Part shown: one piece after another, positions 27,223 to 36,700 of the stretch
How positions within the stretch are numbered: position 1 is the stretch's first letter
Layout of the letters: every line of letters starts with the position of its first letter
NCBI GenBank assembly: GCA_045592585.1
Contig: JAZNVB010000026.1
Span: forward strand, 7,849-71,848
Direction: 5' to 3'
DNA: 64,000 nt
DNA from: Clostridia bacterium
GTDB lineage: Bacteria; Bacillota; Clostridia; Monoglobales; Monoglobaceae
The notes under the pieces: generated by a model
Databases searched by the model: none
Told to the model about the DNA's origin: nothing
What the model saw: the letters and a program-made list of their open reading frames with translations, nothing else
Translations under genes and position numbers: made by a program

Positions 27223-28022
27223 TAAATACTATATCTTTTCCTAACCTTGGCTGGGAGTTTACGATAAGCCGCACAGCCTTTGAAATTTTCGGAACGCCCG
27301 TATATTTTTACGGGCTTCTGATTGGCATGGGTTTGTTACTTGCGGTTGTATATGGCTTGTATGAAACAAAGCGGGTTGGTATAGACCACGACGATATGTT
27401 TAATATGCTGCTTATTGCTCTGCCTGTTTCAATTATTTGTGCCCGACTTTATTATGTAATTTTTCAGTGGGATTACTACAAGAATAATCTGTTGGAGATT
27501 TTAAACATTCGTGGCGGCGGAATTGCCATATACGGCGCGGTAATTGGTGCGGCAATAGTGGTTTTTACATATTGTATTATAAAAAAACTCAGTATTGCCA
27601 AGTGTCTTGATGTTTTGTCCATTGGTTTGCTTATTGGTCAGGCAATTGGCAGATGGGGCAATTTTGTCAACGGCGAGGCATTCGGCTCGCAAACCAACCT
27701 TCCCTGGGCTATGACAATTGTTCAGGATGGTTTATTGATTGCACAAAAGGTTCACCCAACATTTTTATATGAGTCTTTGTGGAACGTTTTGGGTATTGTT
27801 TTGCTGTGGCTTTACCGCAAGCACAAGAAGTTTGAAGGCGAACTGATTTGCGGATATATGATATGGTACGGCTTGGGAAGAATGATGATTGAGGGACTTC
27901 GGACCGATTCGTTAATGCTTGGTAATTTCCGTGTTTCACAGCTTCTTTCGGTAATTCTGGTTATTGCGGGAATTGTAATTGTAATTTTAAAAAGAAAATC
28001 TGCAAAAACACTTGACAAATAG
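27219..28022 (+). CDS. lgt: Prolipoprotein diacylglyceryl transferase
   Basis: GRWGNFVNGEAFG signature and a polytopic profile. Confidence 0.9.
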   Translation: MINTISFPNLGWEFTISRTAFEIFGTPVYFYGLLIGMGLLLAVVYGLYETKRVGIDHDDMFNMLLIALPVSIICARLYYVIFQWDYYKNNLLEILNIRGGGIAIYGAVIGAAIVVFTYCIIKKLSIAKCLDVLSIGLLIGQAIGRWGNFVNGEAFGSQTNLPWAMTIVQDGLLIAQKVHPTFLYESLWNVLGIVLLWLYRKHKKFEGELICGYMIWYGLGRMMIEGLRTDSLMLGNFRVSQLLSVILVIAGIVIVILKRKSAKTLDK

Positions 28023-28040
28023 AAATTTTTGAGTTACAAT
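28012..28040 (+). promoter_or_regulatory. Sigma-A promoter (TTGACA-17-TACAAT) for ylxM-ffh
   Basis: Hexamers at 28012-28017 and 28035-28040, overlapping the lgt 3' end. Confidence 0.55.
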
Positions 28041-28094
28041 AGCTGAGGTGTAAAGTTAGATTGCTTTACAGCAAGGGATAAAGGAGTGGAAATT

Positions 28095-28466
28095 ATGGAA
28101 AAAAACGTTGAAATTTCTCTTCTTTTGAGTTTTTACAAAAATATGCTTACAAATAGGCAGGCAGACACCGTTGAACTATATTACAACGAGGATTTGTCGC
28201 TTTCAGAGGTGGGTGCCGAGCTTGGGATAAGCCGTCAGGGTGTTCGTGACAACCTGAAACGTGCCGAGGCGATTCTTTATGATGTTGAGTCAAAGCTGGG
28301 GCTGGCTGCAAGGTTTATTGAAATTAAATCAAAGCTTGGCGAGATTGATGATATTATTGCCGAGATTGAAAAGTCACCCGAGGCAAGGCTGCTTCCTGTA
28401 AGCATAAAAAAACAGATAAACCAGATTCTTACAATTGTTGCAGGAATTAACGATTTAGAGGAATAG
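28095..28466 (+). CDS. ylxM: YlxM (UPF0122) putative DNA-binding protein
   Basis: Sigma-70 region-4-like HTH (LSLSEVGAELGISRQGVRDNLKRA). Conserved position upstream of ffh. Confidence 0.85.
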   Translation: MEKNVEISLLLSFYKNMLTNRQADTVELYYNEDLSLSEVGAELGISRQGVRDNLKRAEAILYDVESKLGLAARFIEIKSKLGEIDDIIAEIEKSPEARLLPVSIKKQINQILTIVAGINDLEE

Positions 28467-28497
28467 TGATACATATTTTGATGAAGGAGTGAGGCGT

Positions 28498-29859
28498 ATG
28501 GCATTTGAAAGTCTTGCAGATAAACTGCAAAACGCATTCAAAAAACTGCGTGGCAAGGGCAAAGTTTCGGCAGCCGATTTAAAAGAAGCCATGCGTGAGG
28601 TTAAACTGGCACTCCTTGAGGCCGATGTCAATTTCAAAGTTGTTAAAAACTTTATAAACACCGTAACTGAACGTGCATCAGGTGCCGAGGTTATGGAATC
28701 TCTTACCCCCGCACAGCAGGTTATAAAAATTGTTAACGAAGAGCTTGTTGCTCTTATGGGTACAGAAGAACAGAAAATTAAAATTTCTTCCAGGCCCCCC
28801 ACGGTTATTATGATGACAGGTTTGCAGGGTGCAGGTAAAACAACCACCGCCGCAAAGCTTGGCGGACTTTTGAAGAAACAGGGCAAACGCCCCTTGCTTT
28901 GTGCCTGCGACGTTTACCGTCCTGCGGCAGTTAAGCAGCTTCAGGTTGTGGGCTCTCAGCTTGACCTTCCGGTGTTTGCAATTGAAGGCAACACCAATCC
29001 TGTTGAAATTGCCGAAAAAGCTCTGCAGCATGCAAAGCTTCATTCCAATGATATTCTTATTGTGGATACAGCAGGACGTCTTCACATTGACGAAGAGCTG
29101 ATGAATGAACTTAAAAACATCAAGGCAAAGATAGACCCCACAGAAATTCTTCTTGTGGTTGACGCAATGACAGGTCAGGATGCGGTGAATGTTGCCGAGG
29201 CCTTTAATAATGATTTGGAAATTGACGGTGTTGTCCTTACCAAGCTGGACGGCGACACCCGTGGCGGTGCGGCACTTTCTGTTCGCGCGGTTACAAACAA
29301 GCCTATCAAGTTCTGCGGTATGGGCGAAAAGCTTACCGACCTTGAGGTGTTCCATCCTCAAAGAATGGCGTCAAGAATTTTGGGCATGGGCGATATGCTC
29401 AGTCTTATTGAAAAGGCTGAACAGGCTCTTGACGAAAAAAAGGCTCTTGAACTTGAGCAGAAGATGCGCAGCAACACATTTACATTTGCTGATTTCCTTG
29501 ACCAGATGGAACAAATGAAAAAAATGGGACCTCTGGAACAACTTATCGGGATGATTCCCGGTATGAATACAGCACAACTTAAGGATGTGCAGATTGACGA
29601 GAAAAAGATGCTTCATACCGAGGCGATAATCAAGTCAATGACAATCGGCGAAAGGGAAAATCGTGACAAGCTCACACCAAAACGCCGTGAGAGAATTGCA
29701 AAAGGCAGCGGTACCACCGTTGCTGATGTGAATGCGCTTGTCAAGCAGTTTGAACAGATGCAAAAAATGATGAAGATGATGTCCGGCGGCGGATTTGGAA
29801 AGAAAATGAAGCATTTGGGTAAAATGGGCAAGATGGGAAAAATGAAGTTTCCCTTCTGA
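28498..29859 (+). CDS. ffh: Signal recognition particle protein Ffh
   Basis: MAFESLADKLQ..., GLQGAGKTTT, DTAGRL, TKLDGD, and a Met-rich C-terminus. Confidence 0.97.
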   Translation: MAFESLADKLQNAFKKLRGKGKVSAADLKEAMREVKLALLEADVNFKVVKNFINTVTERASGAEVMESLTPAQQVIKIVNEELVALMGTEEQKIKISSRPPTVIMMTGLQGAGKTTTAAKLGGLLKKQGKRPLLCACDVYRPAAVKQLQVVGSQLDLPVFAIEGNTNPVEIAEKALQHAKLHSNDILIVDTAGRLHIDEELMNELKNIKAKIDPTEILLVVDAMTGQDAVNVAEAFNNDLEIDGVVLTKLDGDTRGGAALSVRAVTNKPIKFCGMGEKLTDLEVFHPQRMASRILGMGDMLSLIEKAEQALDEKKALELEQKMRSNTFTFADFLDQMEQMKKMGPLEQLIGMIPGMNTAQLKDVQIDEKKMLHTEAIIKSMTIGERENRDKLTPKRRERIAKGSGTTVADVNALVKQFEQMQKMMKMMSGGGFGKKMKHLGKMGKMGKMKFPF

Positions 29860-29911
29860 TTTAACTAAAGAAAATTATTAAATTATATATATTTTTTGGA
29901 GGTAATTTATT

Positions 29912-30154
29912 ATGGCAGTAAAAATTCGTTTAAGAAGAATGGGTTCTAAGAAGGCTCCTTTCTACAGAGTGGTAGTAGCAGATTCAAGATACCCCAGAGA
30001 CGGCAGATTTATCGAACAGGTTGGAACATACAATCCTATGACAAAGCCTGCAGCAGTTGATTTTGATGCTGAAAAGGTTGCAAAGTGGATTGGTAATGGT
30101 GCTCAGCCCACAGATACAGTTAAGCGTCTTCTTAAAGAAAAGGGCATTATCTAA
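29912..30154 (+). CDS. rpsP: 30S ribosomal protein S16
   Basis: [26 protein letters not shown]. Confidence 0.97.
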   Translation: MAVKIRLRRMGSKKAPFYRVVVADSRYPRDGRFIEQVGTYNPMTKPAAVDFDAEKVAKWIGNGAQPTDTVKRLLKEKGII

Positions 30155-30238
30155 TTTTAAATGATATTGAGGTCGGCTCGTACCCTTTAACAGTAAGGGT
30201 ATGGGCAGGCTATTGACCCGGATTTTGGAGGAAAAGAA

Positions 30239-30466
30239 ATGAAAGAGCTTTTGGAATTTATTGCAAAATCAATGGTTTCAGAGCCTGATGCAGTTTCGAT
30301 TGAAGAAAATGTTCAGGAAAACTCGGTTGTTTTGACCTTGCACGTTGCCGAAGGCGATATGGGTAAGGTTATCGGCAAGCAGGGAAGAATAGCAAAGGCT
30401 ATCCGCACTGTTGTTAAGGCGGCTGCAAGCCACGAAAACAAAAAAGTTACGGTTGATATTGTGTAA
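30239..30466 (+). CDS. KH-domain RNA-binding protein (YlqC family)
   Basis: GKVIGKQGRIAKAIRTV motif. Position between rpsP and rimM. Confidence 0.9.
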   Translation: MKELLEFIAKSMVSEPDAVSIEENVQENSVVLTLHVAEGDMGKVIGKQGRIAKAIRTVVKAAASHENKKVTVDIV

Positions 30467-30481
30467 CATTAAAGGTAAGAT

Positions 30482-30520
30482 AGACTGTATCGCAACCGGT
30501 ACAGTCTTTACTTGCTTTTA
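30482..30520 (+). terminator. Weak terminator/attenuator hairpin after the KH gene
   Basis: AGACTGTA-10 nt-TACAGTCT followed by TTTACTTGCTTTTA. Confidence 0.4.
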
Positions 30521-30536
30521 TAGATAGGTTTTAATT

Positions 30537-30714
30537 GAGGAATTTAACGTGAAAGTTCCTTTCACGTTAAGCCTCCGGCGGATTTGATTGCCCGTGTGAG
30601 ATTTTCCTCGCGTTTGCTCGGAAACACACATGGGCGTAAAAATCTCTTATCATTCCTTGCCATGCGGATAAGAGATATTTAATTCCTATTTGTGCCGACG
30701 TATGGCGGCGGAAT
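30537..30714 (+). ncRNA. Structured SD-to-SD cassette, unit B1
   Basis: - Opening SD: GAGGA 30537-41.
- P1: perfect 10 bp, AACGTGAAAG 30546-55 with CTTTCACGTT 30559-68.
- Anti-SD: CCTCC.
- P2: GCCC 30590-93, GTGTG ... CACAC, bulge AT, GGGC 30632-35.
- P3: 30643-30675.
- Loop CCATGCG pairs with tail CGTATGG (one G-U pair). Confidence 0.75.
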
Positions 30715-30902
30715 GGAGATTAACGTGAAAGTTCCTTTCCCGTTAAGCCTCCGGCGGATTTGATTGCCCGTGTGAGATTTTCCTCGCGTTTGCTCGGAAA
30801 CACACATAGGCGTAAAAATCTCTTATCATTCCTTGCCATACGGATAAGAGATATTTAAGTCCTATTTGTGCCGACGTATGGCGGCGGAATGGAGATTTTT
30901 AT
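30715..30902 (+). ncRNA. Structured SD-to-SD cassette, unit B2. Ends at the rimM SD and ATG.
   Basis: Same architecture as A2, and near-identical to it outside P2. A G-to-A change at 30808 weakens P2a (AGGC instead of GGGC). GGAG 30891-94 lies 8 nt before ATG 30903. Confidence 0.75.
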
Positions 30903-31400
30903 ATGAAAAATAATCTTGAAATTGGACAAATAGTGAATACCCACGGTCTTCGGGGCGACCTTAAGGTTATGCCATGGTGCGACGATCCCGAAATTTTTGA
31001 CGAGCTGGCGTATGTTATTATAGATGGCGAAGAATATGATATCGAAAAATCCCGGATGCAAAAGAATATGGTTCTTCTGAAACTTGCAGGGATAGACCAT
31101 ATCAATGAAGCCGAGAAATACCGCAACAAGGTGCTTACCATTCCCCGTGAGGAATTGGGTGAACTTCCTGAGGGCACCTATTACATCTGCGACCTTCTGG
31201 GTTGCGGTGTAACAACAGATCAGGGCAGAGAATTGGGCAAAATTTGTGATATAATCAAGACGGGCAGCAATGATGTTTATGTGGTTGAGGATGATGCCGG
31301 CAATCAGGTGCTAATCCCTGTAATTGATGAAGTTGTTTTGTCTGTTGACATTGATGAAAAGAAAATTGTTATTAAGCCCTTAAAAGGATTGATTGACTGA
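30903..31400 (+). CDS. rimM: Ribosome maturation factor RimM
   Basis: IGQIVNTHGLRGDLKV and a PRC-barrel C-terminus. Position before trmD. Confidence 0.92.
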   Translation: MKNNLEIGQIVNTHGLRGDLKVMPWCDDPEIFDELAYVIIDGEEYDIEKSRMQKNMVLLKLAGIDHINEAEKYRNKVLTIPREELGELPEGTYYICDLLGCGVTTDQGRELGKICDIIKTGSNDVYVVEDDAGNQVLIPVIDEVVLSVDIDEKKIVIKPLKGLID

Positions 31401-32143
31401 TGGCTGAATTGCGAGTTGATATTTTAACACTGTTTCCAGAAATGTTTGATGCAGTTTTAAATAATTCCATAATCGGCAGAGCTGTGGAAAACGGTATCTT
31501 GGAGATAAACTGTGTGCAAATAAGGGATTTTGCCTTTAACAAGCACAGGCAGGTTGATGATTACCCCTACGGCGGCGGTCAGGGAATGGTTATGCAGGCA
31601 GAACCCATTTACCTTGCATATATGAGCGTTTGTGAAGGGCTTGACCATAAACCTTTGACTATTTATATGTCGCCTCAGGGCAAAACCTTCAGACAGTCAA
31701 CTGCAAAAAAACTGGCAAAGAAAAAGCATATGGTGATTCTTTGCGGTCATTACGAGGGCGTTGACCAGAGAATACTTGACGAAATAGTAGACGTCGAAAT
31801 TTCAATGGGCGATTTTGTGCTTACCGGCGGCGAGATTGCTGCTATGGCGGTGGTTGATGCAACTGCAAGAATGATTCCCGGGGTGCTTGCCTGCGAGGAA
31901 GCCTTTGCGGATGAATCGCATTTTTCGGGGCTGCTTGAATATCCACAGTATACCCGCCCGGCAGAGTGGCACGGCAAGACGGTGCCTGAGGTGCTGATGA
32001 ATGGCAATCACAAGCTGATACAGGATTGGAAACGCAGAGCCGCTATTGAAAATACTTACCGCAAACGTCGGGGAATGCTGTCAAAGGCAAACCTTGACAA
32101 GAAGGATATGAAAATATTGCAACAAATTAAAGAACAACAGTGA
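31400..32143 (+). CDS. trmD: tRNA (guanine37-N1)-methyltransferase
   Basis: ILTLFPEMF, DDYPYGGGQGMVM, GHYEGVDQR. Confidence 0.95.
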   Translation: MAELRVDILTLFPEMFDAVLNNSIIGRAVENGILEINCVQIRDFAFNKHRQVDDYPYGGGQGMVMQAEPIYLAYMSVCEGLDHKPLTIYMSPQGKTFRQSTAKKLAKKKHMVILCGHYEGVDQRILDEIVDVEISMGDFVLTGGEIAAMAVVDATARMIPGVLACEEAFADESHFSGLLEYPQYTRPAEWHGKTVPEVLMNGNHKLIQDWKRRAAIENTYRKRRGMLSKANLDKKDMKILQQIKEQQ

Positions 32144-32239
32144 GTATTTTGCTGAAAATTTTAATAATTTGTTGTTTTTTGATAAATATTATGTTATAAT
32201 AAATTGTTAAGATTGATTTGGACAGACAAGGAGCTTTAT

Positions 32240-33208
32240 ATGGACATTTTTTTTCTTACACTTAAGCAGATGGTGATGATGTTTCTATTTATTCTTGCGG
32301 GATTTGTCCTCAGAAAAAAGATGATATTGGCTGACAATGCAGGGACTATAATGGCAAGGCTGGAAACTTATATTTTCACTCCGGCTCTTTCACTTTTCAC
32401 CATGATTACAAAGTGCAATGTCAGGACTTTTGCAGAAAATTACACACTGATATTGTGGGGATTTGTAATTGTAATTGCAGCAATTGCACTTGCATATCCA
32501 TTATCTGCAATGTTTGTAAGAAAATCTCACCAAACCCCGGAGAAGATGTACCGGAGAAATATATATAAATATGCAATGACCTTTGGCAATTATGGATTTA
32601 TGGGAAATTTCCTCATTCTTGGAGTATGGGGAAATGAAATGTTTTATAAGTATTCTATGTTTGTTTTCCTTGTTGGAATTTTATGCAGCAGTTGGGGCTT
32701 ATACATACTTATCCCTAAAGACCATAATGCAGGTCTTGCGGCAAATCTGAAAAAAGGTCTTTTAACACCGCCTATACTGGCTCTTGTTTGCGGTATGGCA
32801 ATTGGTCTTGCGGGGCTGAGTAAATATATTCCGGATTTTGTAATAACAGCCTTTGATAATGCAGGAAAGTGCCAGGGCCCTGTTGCAATGTTGCTTGCCG
32901 GCTTTGTAATCGGCGGCTATGACCTGAAAAAGCTCTTATTTAATAAAAAGGTATATGCGGCATCGCTTTTGAGGCTTATAATTATACCCGCAGTTATGAT
33001 GCTGGTGCTGAAAGTTCTTGGCACAAGTGATGAAATTATGACTCTTGCGTTGATTTGTTTTGCGACACCTCTTGGTCTTAACACCATAGTTTATCCCGCA
33101 GCATACGGAGGGGAAACACAAACCGGTGCATCTATGACAATGATTTCGACCACCCTTTCGTTAATTACATTGCCGTTGATGTATCTGGTATTTATTGTAT
33201 GGTTATAA
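32240..33208 (+). CDS. AEC (auxin efflux carrier) family transporter
   Basis: About 10 TM segments with an AEC-like pattern. ATG 32240 follows AAGGAG. Confidence 0.7.
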   Translation: MDIFFLTLKQMVMMFLFILAGFVLRKKMILADNAGTIMARLETYIFTPALSLFTMITKCNVRTFAENYTLILWGFVIVIAAIALAYPLSAMFVRKSHQTPEKMYRRNIYKYAMTFGNYGFMGNFLILGVWGNEMFYKYSMFVFLVGILCSSWGLYILIPKDHNAGLAANLKKGLLTPPILALVCGMAIGLAGLSKYIPDFVITAFDNAGKCQGPVAMLLAGFVIGGYDLKKLLFNKKVYAASLLRLIIIPAVMMLVLKVLGTSDEIMTLALICFATPLGLNTIVYPAAYGGETQTGASMTMISTTLSLITLPLMYLVFIVWL

Positions 33209-33353
33209 AAAAGTGTTTTGATTAAAGCACATCAACTCCCCTGCCCCTCACTCTTGAGGGGATTAAGGTACACTTTATTTGTAATATAGGAAATTACGGA
33301 AATCGGAACGATTTAGTCGTTTTATATATTAAAGAAAAACGGAGGAAAATTTG

Positions 33354-35423
33354 ATGAAATGTTTAGAATGTGGAGCAGATATCTATGATGGTATCAAAAA
33401 GTGCCCATACTGCAAAAATTTGACTCAAAGCGCAACCGAGGACGAAAAATTCAGGAATTTTGACTTTAAGTATACAATTACATCTGACGAGCAGGTGAAA
33501 AAACTGCGCAGTTCAGTTATGGGTAACTCAAAGAAACCCAAGAAAAAGAACGTTATCGAAAAGTTCTTTGCTGACCGCCGTGCTGCAAAACGTGCGGCTC
33601 GTCGTGCTGCACGGAGAAGTGCAAGAATTGTTGCACAGATGAACCCTGATACCGCCGGCACGGAGGCAAAGGTTGCGGTTAACAATGCAAAGAACGTTAC
33701 CCGTGTAAAAAAGGCTGACAAGAGCCCAAAGACACCAAAAACCTTCAAATTCAAAAAATTTGATTTCAAGGGATTCAAGGCTTTGGACAAAAAGGCTAAA
33801 AGCGTAGGAGCTATTGCTGCAGCCTTGGTTGTATTTATCTGCGTTATCGCAGCGGTTATTGGGTTGTTTGCAAACAAGGATAAAGCTGTTCAGTCTTATA
33901 CCTATGTGACCGACAACTCTATGTACATGGTGTATAAGGGCAAAAATACTCTTATTTCCGAAAATGTTCTGAACGAGAATTACATCTGGAAGCTTAGTGA
34001 AAACGGTCAGCCCGGTGCTGCAGAACTTGCGGCAAAGAAAGCAGGACTTGTAAAAACTACCAAGGACAACACTGTTTCGTACTTTTTTGAGGAGTATGAC
34101 CCTGAAACAAATAGCGGCAAGCTTTGCATGATTAAAAAGGGTAATTCAAAAAAAATAAAAAAGATTGCTGATGAGGTACATAATTCTTTGGTTATGACCG
34201 AGAACGGTGAAGGCATACTTTATCTGCAGACCGCCGATAAAAACGGCGATAAGGGAGTTTTGCATTACTGGGAAACCGGTATGAAGGAACCCTACAAAAT
34301 TGCGACAGACATTGACCACGGTACCTTTGAATTTGCGGATAACGGCGGATATGCAATCTTCTTGCAGAATCTGATCCGTACTGAGATGAGTGGCGACCTT
34401 TATGCAAAGAACCTTAAAAAACTTAAGGAAGAAAAGGTCAAGCTTGATTCTGATGTTTGCAAGCTGTTTGGCACAAGTCAGGATGGACAGTCGCATCTTT
34501 ATGCAAAAGAATATGACCCCGAGGATGGTACGTTCTATGTAACGGCAATCAATAAAAAGAACCGCAAACTCCAGCTTGGTACAAAAACAAAGAAAAATCC
34601 CTTTATCCAGAAAAAGAAGAACTTTATCTATGTTCTGGGCTTAGAAGAAGACGGCACAAACACTTTATATAATGTGGATGTCAATAACGGCAAGAGAGAG
34701 GAAATTTCATCAGGCGTAAGCAACATTCTTATGACGTCAAAGGACGAAAAGATTGTTATATATGACAAGGTGTATTCCGGCAAGGTGGCAGCTTATTATG
34801 CATACACACGTGGAAAACGTCCTGAAAAGATTGCGGATAATGTTGTTGTTGATTATAATGTGGTTGCAAATAAACCTCAGATGTCTGCAAGCCTTGATGG
34901 CAGCAAAGTTTTGTATATCTCAGAATTTGAAACATTTAAGGGTGGTGGCACTCTTAACCTGACAGAATATAAAAAGGGTAAAAAAGTTCTGGAGAAGCAG
35001 ATTGCAGAGGATGTTTATGCATGCTTCCGTGCCCAGGATGATAAATTTATATTCCTGAAGGATTACAGCAATTCCCGAAAGGTTTGTGACGTGTACCTTC
35101 TCGAAGGTGACGAAATGACACTTCTTAAGAAGGAAGTTTCACCGCAGATGTTTGGAGTAACAAAAACAGGAGATACTATATATTATATTTCAAACTATAA
35201 TACTGAGGCGGCTTATGGCACTCTTGAAAGAATGGACCTTGACGGAAACGTTCAGGAACTTGCTTCAGAGGTATGTGGCTTTGATATAACCGCACTTGAG
35301 GATGTAATGTTCTATAAGAACCGCAACGTCGATGATGGCAGTTTTGAACTGTATCTTATCAAAAAGGGTAAGAACGTTTGGGAGCTTGTAAACAAAGGCG
35401 TTGATCAGATGCTTACTTTTTAA
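33354..35423 (+). CDS. Zinc-ribbon, single-pass membrane protein with a large extracytoplasmic domain (uncharacterised)
   Basis: N-terminal CxxC...CxxC, an Arg/Ala-rich basic stretch (RRAAKRAARRAARRSARI), one TM segment (VGAIAAALVVFICVIAAVIGLFA), and about 500 aa of beta-rich repeats. Confidence 0.6.
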   Translation: MKCLECGADIYDGIKKCPYCKNLTQSATEDEKFRNFDFKYTITSDEQVKKLRSSVMGNSKKPKKKNVIEKFFADRRAAKRAARRAARRSARIVAQMNPDTAGTEAKVAVNNAKNVTRVKKADKSPKTPKTFKFKKFDFKGFKALDKKAKSVGAIAAALVVFICVIAAVIGLFANKDKAVQSYTYVTDNSMYMVYKGKNTLISENVLNENYIWKLSENGQPGAAELAAKKAGLVKTTKDNTVSYFFEEYDPETNSGKLCMIKKGNSKKIKKIADEVHNSLVMTENGEGILYLQTADKNGDKGVLHYWETGMKEPYKIATDIDHGTFEFADNGGYAIFLQNLIRTEMSGDLYAKNLKKLKEEKVKLDSDVCKLFGTSQDGQSHLYAKEYDPEDGTFYVTAINKKNRKLQLGTKTKKNPFIQKKKNFIYVLGLEEDGTNTLYNVDVNNGKREEISSGVSNILMTSKDEKIVIYDKVYSGKVAAYYAYTRGKRPEKIADNVVVDYNVVANKPQMSASLDGSKVLYISEFETFKGGGTLNLTEYKKGKKVLEKQIAEDVYACFRAQDDKFIFLKDYSNSRKVCDVYLLEGDEMTLLKKEVSPQMFGVTKTGDTIYYISNYNTEAAYGTLERMDLDGNVQELASEVCGFDITALEDVMFYKNRNVDDGSFELYLIKKGKNVWELVNKGVDQMLTF

Positions 35424-35506
35424 GCAACCGAAGAATGCTGTGTTAAAAATATCAGTCTTAAGGCTTAAGGGAGAAAATCTCCTTATAGCATAAGGGAGGA
35501 AACACC

Positions 35507-36115
35507 TTGAGAATAGGAATTTTTGGAGGAACCTTCAATCCTCCCCACATAGGGCATATGCTTCTTGCCCGCGAGGCAATGGAAAAGGCGGCCCTTGACA
35601 GATTGGTTTTTATGCCCTGTGCAAATCCGCCACACAAACCGAATTTGGTTATTCCCGACGGTGAGCACAGACTTAACATGGTAAGGCTTTCAATAGAAGG
35701 TTTTCCCGGATTTGAGGTTTCGGATATGGAGGTTGACGCAGGCGGAAAGAGTTACACAGCAAAGACTCTTGAACGTTTGCAGACAGAATATCCAAACGAC
35801 CGTCTTTGTTTTATTGTTGGGGCAGATTCCCTTTGCGAGATGGAAAGTTGGTTTTGCCCTGCAGAAATATTTAAACGTGCCGAGATTGTGGCGGCTATAA
35901 GAGGCGGAATAAAGGAAAATCAGCTTAACATGGCAATAGATTTTTTTGCCCAGAAGTATGACGCAAAGATTACCAAAATACAGATGAATGCCATTGAAAT
36001 GTCATCATCGGATATAAGAAACCGTATAATGATGGGCAAAAGCATTAAATATATGGTGTGTGACAGTGTAATTGATTATATCGAAAAAAATCGGATTTAC
36101 GAAGGATGCAATTAG
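35507..36115 (+). CDS. nadD: Nicotinate-nucleotide adenylyltransferase
   Basis: GIFGGTFNPPHIGH motif. TTG start follows AAGGGAGG. Confidence 0.92.
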   Translation: MRIGIFGGTFNPPHIGHMLLAREAMEKAALDRLVFMPCANPPHKPNLVIPDGEHRLNMVRLSIEGFPGFEVSDMEVDAGGKSYTAKTLERLQTEYPNDRLCFIVGADSLCEMESWFCPAEIFKRAEIVAAIRGGIKENQLNMAIDFFAQKYDAKITKIQMNAIEMSSSDIRNRIMMGKSIKYMVCDSVIDYIEKNRIYEGCN

Positions 36116-36120
36116 GATTT

Positions 36121-36699
36121 ATGCAAAAGGCTGACAGAATAAAAGAATATGCCAAAACAGTTTTAAGCGAGAAGCGTTTTGCTCATACCGTGAATGTTGC
36201 GGAGGAGGCAAGGCGCATTGCTGTGCTTTGGGGCGCAGATGCGGACAAAGCATATCTTGCAGGCATTATTCACGATATTGCAAAGGAAGTTCCCAAAAGT
36301 CAGGCACTTGAAGCTTTGACAAGGTATGGCTACAACCCCGACGAAACGGAAAGACTAAATCCCGAACTTTTGCACGGCAAGCTGGCGGCATATATTGCGA
36401 AAGATAAGTTTGGTATTGATGACGAAGAGGTCTTGTCTGCTGTGGCATATCACACCACGGGTCGTCCGGCAATGTCGTTGCTTGAAAAGATTATCTATGT
36501 GGCAGATTTCACCGAGCCGGGCAGATGCTATCCTGAGGCAGATGAAATACGCAGACTTGCAGACCAAAACCTTGACAAAGCGGTGCTATATCAGGCAGAT
36601 ATGGTTATAAAGTTTATCGTTGACAAAGGTCGGCCGCTTCATGTTGATACTGTAAACACAAGAAATTATTTTTTGATGAAATTAAAAGAGGAATTGTAG
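36121..36699 (+). CDS. yqeK: HD-domain bis(5'-nucleosyl)-tetraphosphatase YqeK
   Basis: RFAHTVNV...IIHDIAK...YHTTG. Conserved position after nadD. Confidence 0.85.
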   Translation: MQKADRIKEYAKTVLSEKRFAHTVNVAEEARRIAVLWGADADKAYLAGIIHDIAKEVPKSQALEALTRYGYNPDETERLNPELLHGKLAAYIAKDKFGIDDEEVLSAVAYHTTGRPAMSLLEKIIYVADFTEPGRCYPEADEIRRLADQNLDKAVLYQADMVIKFIVDKGRPLHVDTVNTRNYFLMKLKEEL

Positions 36700-36700
36700 A

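Noticed and set aside
28678-29361. 227 aa minus-strand ORF (plus 28455-28886) inside ffh
   Set aside because: They are antisense to ffh, which is unambiguous. These are spurious shadow ORFs.
30155-30238. rpsP-KH spacer hairpin (GTACCCTT...AAGGGTAT) as another cassette or a terminator
   Set aside because: It is a single 8 bp hairpin with no T-tract and no other cassette elements. It may be a processing or stability element, but the evidence is too thin.
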